A stretch of DNA of 64,000 nucleotides, taken from NCBI GenBank assembly GCA_963848295.1, contig CAWKDB010000010.1:2336001-2400000 (forward strand), given 5' to 3'. A program made the position numbers and the translations under genes. The notes beneath the pieces are model-generated. The model saw nothing but the letters and a program-made list of their open reading frames with translations, made no database searches and had not been told where the DNA came from. Below are positions 59,235-64,000 of the stretch, one piece after another (the first letter of the stretch is position 1; each line of letters opens with the position of its first letter). The DNA is from an uncultured delta proteobacterium (GTDB taxonomy: Bacteria; Myxococcota_A; Polyangia; Haliangiales; Haliangiaceae).

Positions 59235-60386
59235 ATGGGGATCGTGGCGGCTGCGTTTCACGTGTACGTCGAGGGGGCGAGCGCACCGTCGCCGGGCGCG
59301 CTGCGCAAGCTGGCCGAGGCGATGGCGACGCGCTATGGGGTGCCGGCGGCCGATCTCGAGGCGCGGCTGTCGCGCGGCCGGTTCCGGGTCAAAGCGAACG
59401 TCGACCGCGCGACCGCCGACGAGCTGCTCCACGACCTCGAAGCGATCGGCGCGCGCGCCACGATCGAGGATGCGAGCGCCCCGACCCGGCCGAGTGGCCC
59501 GCTCGCGAGTCAACCGCCCCGGCCGACGACGCCACCGCCGACCACTCCGCGTCAGACGCTGCCACCCGCGACTCGCGGGGGACCGACCACACCGCCGGCC
59601 GGCACGCCGTATCAGAGTGGCCTATCGGCCGCGTTTTCGAGCGAGCCATCCGCCGCGGCGAGCCTCGGCGCGCTCGAACAGAACAGCGGCTCGTTCTCGC
59701 TCGCGTCGCTCGACGGCGTCGACTCGCCGGGCGGCTCCGCTGCGCCGAGCGAGGAAGTGCTCGCCGCGAGCTTCGGGCCGGCGCCGGCCCCCGCACCGCG
59801 GCCGGCCAAGCCGAGCGTGCGCCCGAAGGATGTCCCGGTCGACCTGTTCGCGCCGCCCGATGCCGAAGACGCGGTGATGAAGATGGAGCTGGCCGACGAC
59901 GAGCTCGCGCATCAAGCGCGCAAGAAGTCGACGATCCCGCCGCAGACCGAGCCGATCGCGCCGGCCGCGACGACGGGCACGCCGGCGATGCGCCGTTCGA
60001 ACCCGTCGATCCAACCGCCAACCCAGGCGATCGCACCGCGGGTGTCGTCCCGGCTCGGGCCGCTCGCCGATCCGCGTGCGCGGTTCGCCGCCGGCATCCT
60101 GCTGTCGATCCTCATCGGCTTCGTGCCGGCGCACCTCGTCGGTCGCTGGCGCGAGCACTCGGCGTATGGCGAGGTCGATCGCAAGGTGATCGCGGCGCAA
60201 GACCAGGCGGTAACGATCGAAGCGTGGCAAGCGCTCGATCAGCTGCGGGGCAGCGAGCTCGTCCGCAAGCAGAGCGATCAGCGCCAGATCGCGATCACCG
60301 CCCTACTCGTGTGGGCGTTGTTCGGCGGCGCGATCGGTTACGTGTGGTTCCGGCGCATCCGCTGGGACGAGCTCGAGGACGCGTAA
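59235..60386 (+). CDS. Hypothetical membrane protein (Pro-rich linker, two C-terminal TMs)
   Basis: Long ORF with typical codon usage; two hydrophobic segments. Confidence 0.7.
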   Translation: MGIVAAAFHVYVEGASAPSPGALRKLAEAMATRYGVPAADLEARLSRGRFRVKANVDRATADELLHDLEAIGARATIEDASAPTRPSGPLASQPPRPTTPPPTTPRQTLPPATRGGPTTPPAGTPYQSGLSAAFSSEPSAAASLGALEQNSGSFSLASLDGVDSPGGSAAPSEEVLAASFGPAPAPAPRPAKPSVRPKDVPVDLFAPPDAEDAVMKMELADDELAHQARKKSTIPPQTEPIAPAATTGTPAMRRSNPSIQPPTQAIAPRVSSRLGPLADPRARFAAGILLSILIGFVPAHLVGRWREHSAYGEVDRKVIAAQDQAVTIEAWQALDQLRGSELVRKQSDQRQIAITALLVWALFGGAIGYVWFRRIRWDELEDA

Positions 60387-60432
60387 CTTACTGGTAACGC
60401 CGGAACGCCCGGTGCGGGGCTAGGGTCCCGCC

Positions 60433-60666
60433 ATGGCATCGAAGCGCTGTCCGACGTGTGGCCTCGTCAATCCGGCAACGGCGGATCGCTGCGATTGCGG
60501 ATGGTCGTTCGCGCGCCAGGAGTTGGGCGAGCCGCCGCGGATCGCGAAGCCCGGGGCGGCAGGCACGGAGTTTCTCAGCAAGGTCGGCATGCGGCTCGCC
60601 GTACGTGTAACCCTCGTCAGCATCGCCTTCGCGATCGCGTTCGCGATCAGTCGCTGCAGTCACTGA
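60433..60666 (+). CDS. Small zinc-ribbon membrane protein
   Basis: CPTCG..CDCG, C-terminal TM; TAGGGT 6 nt before ATG. Confidence 0.7.
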   Translation: MASKRCPTCGLVNPATADRCDCGWSFARQELGEPPRIAKPGAAGTEFLSKVGMRLAVRVTLVSIAFAIAFAISRCSH

Positions 60667-60671
60667 CCGCG

Positions 60672-61598
60672 TCACTCGTCGTCGTCGTCTTCGACTTCGA
60701 TCACGCGCTTGCGGCGGGCGCGCGCGCGCTCGTCGGCGGCTTGTTCCTTCGCTGCGAGCACGGCTTTCTTGGCTTCGCGCTTCTTCGTCACCCGCCAGGC
60801 GAGCACGATCGAGAGGTTGTAGAGCACGATCATCGGCGTCGCCATCATGATCTGCGACACCGCATCGGGCGAGGGCGTGAGGATCGCGCCGATGATGAAC
60901 GCGAGGACGATGAACCAGCGGTTGAACTTCCACAGCCCGCGATGGGTGACCAGCCCGATCATCGCGAGGAAATAGATCAGCAGCGGGAGCTCGAACACCG
61001 CGCCGAACGCGATCATCATGTCGCGCGTCAGGTCGAGGTAGTCCTGCATCATGATCTGAGGGTGGAGCTCCACCGTCGTGTACGAGATCAAGAACCCGTA
61101 CAGGTTCGGCAGCACGAAGTAGAAGCAGAACAGCGCTCCGCCGACGAAGAAGATCGCCGAGAACACCGCGAACGACGTCGCGACCTTGCGTTCGCGCTTG
61201 TACAGACCGGGAGCGATGAACTTCCAGATCTGATAGAACATGAACGGGCACGACAAGAAGATGCCGGCCCACATGCCGATCGACATCGTGACCCAGAACG
61301 GCTCGGTCAATCGTTGGTACGCGAGCGCGGGCGAGCCTTGCTTGACGAGCTCGGGGTTGGCGTACCAGACGTTGAACAGCGGTTGCTTCAGCCAGTCGAA
61401 GATGTAGTCGGCGAAGTACCAGCACACGACGAACGCGATGCCGAAGATGATCGCCGCGTTGCGCACGCGATCGCGCAGCTCGATGAGGTGCGCGAGAAAC
61501 GGCATCCGGCCCTTCTCGAGCTCGGCCTCCTTTTGCTTCTCGGCGGCGATTTCGCGATCGAGGTCGTCGTCGTCGTCAGCCGGCGCCTGCTTAGCCAT
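60672..61598 (-). CDS. tatC: Twin-arginine translocase TatC
   Basis: MPFLAHLIELR, YQIWKFIAPGLY, FELP, AILTPSPD. Confidence 0.96.
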   Translation of the reverse strand: MAKQAPADDDDDLDREIAAEKQKEAELEKGRMPFLAHLIELRDRVRNAAIIFGIAFVVCWYFADYIFDWLKQPLFNVWYANPELVKQGSPALAYQRLTEPFWVTMSIGMWAGIFLSCPFMFYQIWKFIAPGLYKRERKVATSFAVFSAIFFVGGALFCFYFVLPNLYGFLISYTTVELHPQIMMQDYLDLTRDMMIAFGAVFELPLLIYFLAMIGLVTHRGLWKFNRWFIVLAFIIGAILTPSPDAVSQIMMATPMIVLYNLSIVLAWRVTKKREAKKAVLAAKEQAADERARARRKRVIEVEDDDDE

Positions 61599-62151
61599 GC
61601 TTCGGCTCGACTACGTCAGCGGGCTCGGCGGTCTTCGCGACGGTACCGGCGACCGGGCGCACCATCGCGGCGAGCTCTTCGTGGTCATCGGGCTCGGACG
61701 TATCGCCTTCGCCAGCGGTCGCCGGCAGCGTGATCGCAGGCTTGGCTTCGCCACCCGGTTCCGGCGCGACGTCTTCAGGTGCGGCGTCTGCTTCCGGTGC
61801 GACGACCGGCGGATCGGCGAGTGCGAGCTCGGTCTGCGCGGAGATCGGCGGCTTCTCGGCGGCAGCCGGCGCGGGGCCGTCGCCTTCGATCTTGTTCGCG
61901 AGCTGCGGCGCGACCTTCTTCTTCGGCCTGGGCGGAGCTTCCTCGCCGCGCAGCGCGCTCTTGATGTCGCGGATCGCGCCGCCGACCCGCTCGTCGTTCT
62001 CGATCTGCTCCTGAAGCACGCGCGTTTGCTTCCTGATGTCGCGAATGCCCTTGCTGATCGTCTTGGCAGCTTCAGGCAGTTTGTCGGGCCCCAGGAAAAG
62101 GAGCGCGACAACCAAGATCACGAGGATCTCGCTGCCTCCAATGCCGAACAC
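61591..62151 (-). CDS. tatB: Twin-arginine translocase TatB (TatA/B family)
   Basis: MFGIGGSEILVILVVALLFLGPDKLPE; directly upstream of tatC. Confidence 0.88.
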   Translation of the reverse strand: MFGIGGSEILVILVVALLFLGPDKLPEAAKTISKGIRDIRKQTRVLQEQIENDERVGGAIRDIKSALRGEEAPPRPKKKVAPQLANKIEGDGPAPAAAEKPPISAQTELALADPPVVAPEADAAPEDVAPEPGGEAKPAITLPATAGEGDTSEPDDHEELAAMVRPVAGTVAKTAEPADVVEPKHG

Positions 62152-62231
62152 CTTCGCAGCATAGCATTGTCGTCGGGGGAAGCGGGTCTTCTCGCCGCGC
62201 TGTCTCGCGCGCAATCGGCGTGAATTACACC

Positions 62232-64000
62232 TTAAAACTCGCGCGTGGCGCGTCCGAAGTCATTCGGTACGGCGCTGGGCTGGCCGGCGACGTCGGTCGG
62301 CGCCGTGCCCTTGCGAAACCACAAGTCGAGACCGCCGGTGTGTGGCGCGGCGAGCAGGCCGGTCTCGCGATCGATCGTCGCGCGTTCGAGCCCGGGCGGC
62401 GGTGGCCCGAGCACCGGAACCTTGGGGCGATCGGCCTCGGCGGCGCGGATCGCGGTGAGCCACAGCGGCAGCGCCGCGTGCGCGCCTTCGCCTTCGCTCG
62501 CCGAGCTTCAGCTTCGGATCGTCGAAGCCGATCCACACCGCCGCGAGCGTTCGGCCGGTGAAGCCGATGAACCAGGCATCGGTGTTGTCGTTCGTCGTGC
62601 CGGTCTTGCCGGCGGCGGGGCGACCGAGCGTCGCGCCGGCCGCGGCGGCGGTGCCGCGCTCGACGACCGCGGACATCATGTCGACGAGTTGATACGCGGT
62701 GCGCGGATCGAGCCGCTGGCCGCCGTCGGCGCCGATCCGCTCGTCGGGCTCGCTGCCGGCGAGCGCGGCGAACCGATCGTAGCGCCGCGCCGGATCGATC
62801 CACGGATCCTCGGGCACCGCGCGATCGACGATCAACGCATCGCCCCGGCGCAGCCGGGTGACGAACCGCGGCGCGATCGCCCAGCCGTGCCGCGCGATCG
62901 TCGCGTACGCCCCTGCGAGCTCGATCGGCTTGACGCACGACGCGCCGAGCGCCATCGGACGCAAGTCGGTGAGCGCGGTCGTGATCCCGAGCCGGCGAGC
63001 GAGCGCGATGATCGGCGCGGCGCCGACGCGATCGAACACGTCGATCGCCGGCGCGTTGAGCGATGCGGCGAACGCATCGACGGCGAGCACGACGCCGCGG
63101 AACTTGCCGCTCGAGTGCGGCTTCCACGACGTGTTCGTCGCTTCGTCGTACTCGGTGACCGGAGCGTCGCGCAGCGCGGTGCCAGGCGTGATCGCACCCG
63201 CATCGAGTGCCGCGCCGTACACGATCGGCTTCCACGCCGAGCCGGGCTGGCGACATGCCTGCGTCACGCGATCGAACTTGTCGCCACCATGGCCCCACAC
63301 GAGCCCGCCGACGATCGCCTCGATGTAGCCGGTGTGGTGGTCCCACACGAGCAGACCGAGCTGAGGCAGCGTGTCGCCGTGGCGCCACTCCAGCGCGTGC
63401 ACCCGCGCCGCGTGAGCGAGCTGGCCGCCGAGCGCCGGCAGCGCCGCGGTCTCGATCGTGAGACCGCCGCGCGCGAGCTCCTCGGGCTTCTCGCGTGCGA
63501 CGAGCTGGCGCACGTACTCGGTGTACCAGGGCGTGATCGTGCCGTAGCTGCGATGGGGATGATGCAGCTCGATCGGAGCCGCGCTCGCGGTCGCGCGTTG
63601 CGCCTCGGTGATCAGACCTGCCCGTGCCATGCGGGCGAGGATCTCGTCGCGGCGAGCACGCGCGGCGTCGAGGTGATGAAATGGATCGAGCCGACCGGGC
63701 GCTTGGATCAAGCCCGCGAGCATCGCCGCTTCGGGCAGGTCGAGCTGCGCGAGCTCGCGATCGAAGTACGCGTGCGCGCCGGCGGCTATGCCGTACGCGC
63801 CCTCACCGAGGAACACGAAGTCGAGATAGGTCTCGAGCACATCGCGCTTGCTCCACTTGCGCTCGATCGCGCGCGCGAGCAACGCCTCTCGCACCTTGCG
63901 CCGAGCGGTGCGCGCGCTGCCGATCTCCGCCGGCAGCAAGTTGCGCGCGACTTGCTGGGTGATCGTCGACGCGCCCTCGACGACCCGGCCGGCGCGGTAG
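62232..64000 (-). CDS. Class A penicillin-binding protein (PBP1A family), 5' truncated by the window, frameshifted near 62490-62500
   Basis: GASTITQQ, RKVRE, RQPGSAWKP, SLN, GKTGTTN, DAWFIG; C-terminus continues in another frame (AALPLW..IDRETGLLA). Confidence 0.92.

Noticed and set aside
56005..62500. Frameshifts in the MshEN-like gene (AAA at 56005-56007) and PBP1A (about 62490-62500) as programmed frameshifting or true pseudogenes
   Set aside because: No slippery heptamer or further decay; together with the recA case they resemble small indel errors in the assembly.

Overview
Very GC-rich (roughly 70% by eye), gene-dense bacterial window. The gene style suggests Myxococcota, possibly Kofleriaceae/Haliangiales-like (inference from the many Gly/Pro-rich lipoproteins, Ser/Thr kinases and several sigma54-type enhancer-binding proteins). 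It opens with a sulfate-assimilation cluster: sbp-cysT-cysW-cysA-yezD-like-secreted protein, divergent from a sigma54 activator, then cysH, split siroheme synthase genes and a sulfite reductase. Further along are secreted/lipoprotein genes, a 1363-aa pseudocaspase-kinase-STAND NTPase-FGE protein facing a three-gene operon, a frameshifted recA, mtnN, ferredoxin, Usp, a cytochrome c-rhodanese fusion, an amino-acid ABC system, SRAP, maeB, an M16 protease, tRNA-Arg(CCG), a kinase-TPR protein, tatBC and PBP1A. Most notable observations: (1) an 802-aa fusion of a SecD-like periplasmic domain with a divergent SecY-like channel and a DUF2007-like tail; (2) a 57-bp hairpin element inserted in frame at ATCGA sites in two adjacent siroheme genes; (3) two covarying hairpins just downstream of the yezD-like gene; (4) phased 14-bp boxes around the sulfate-cluster regulator; (5) widespread leaderless-type promoters, which also reveal unannotated small ORFs. 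Three frameshifts (recA, MshEN-like gene, PBP1A) are most simply explained as assembly errors. All domain calls come from motif recognition by eye; no searches were run.
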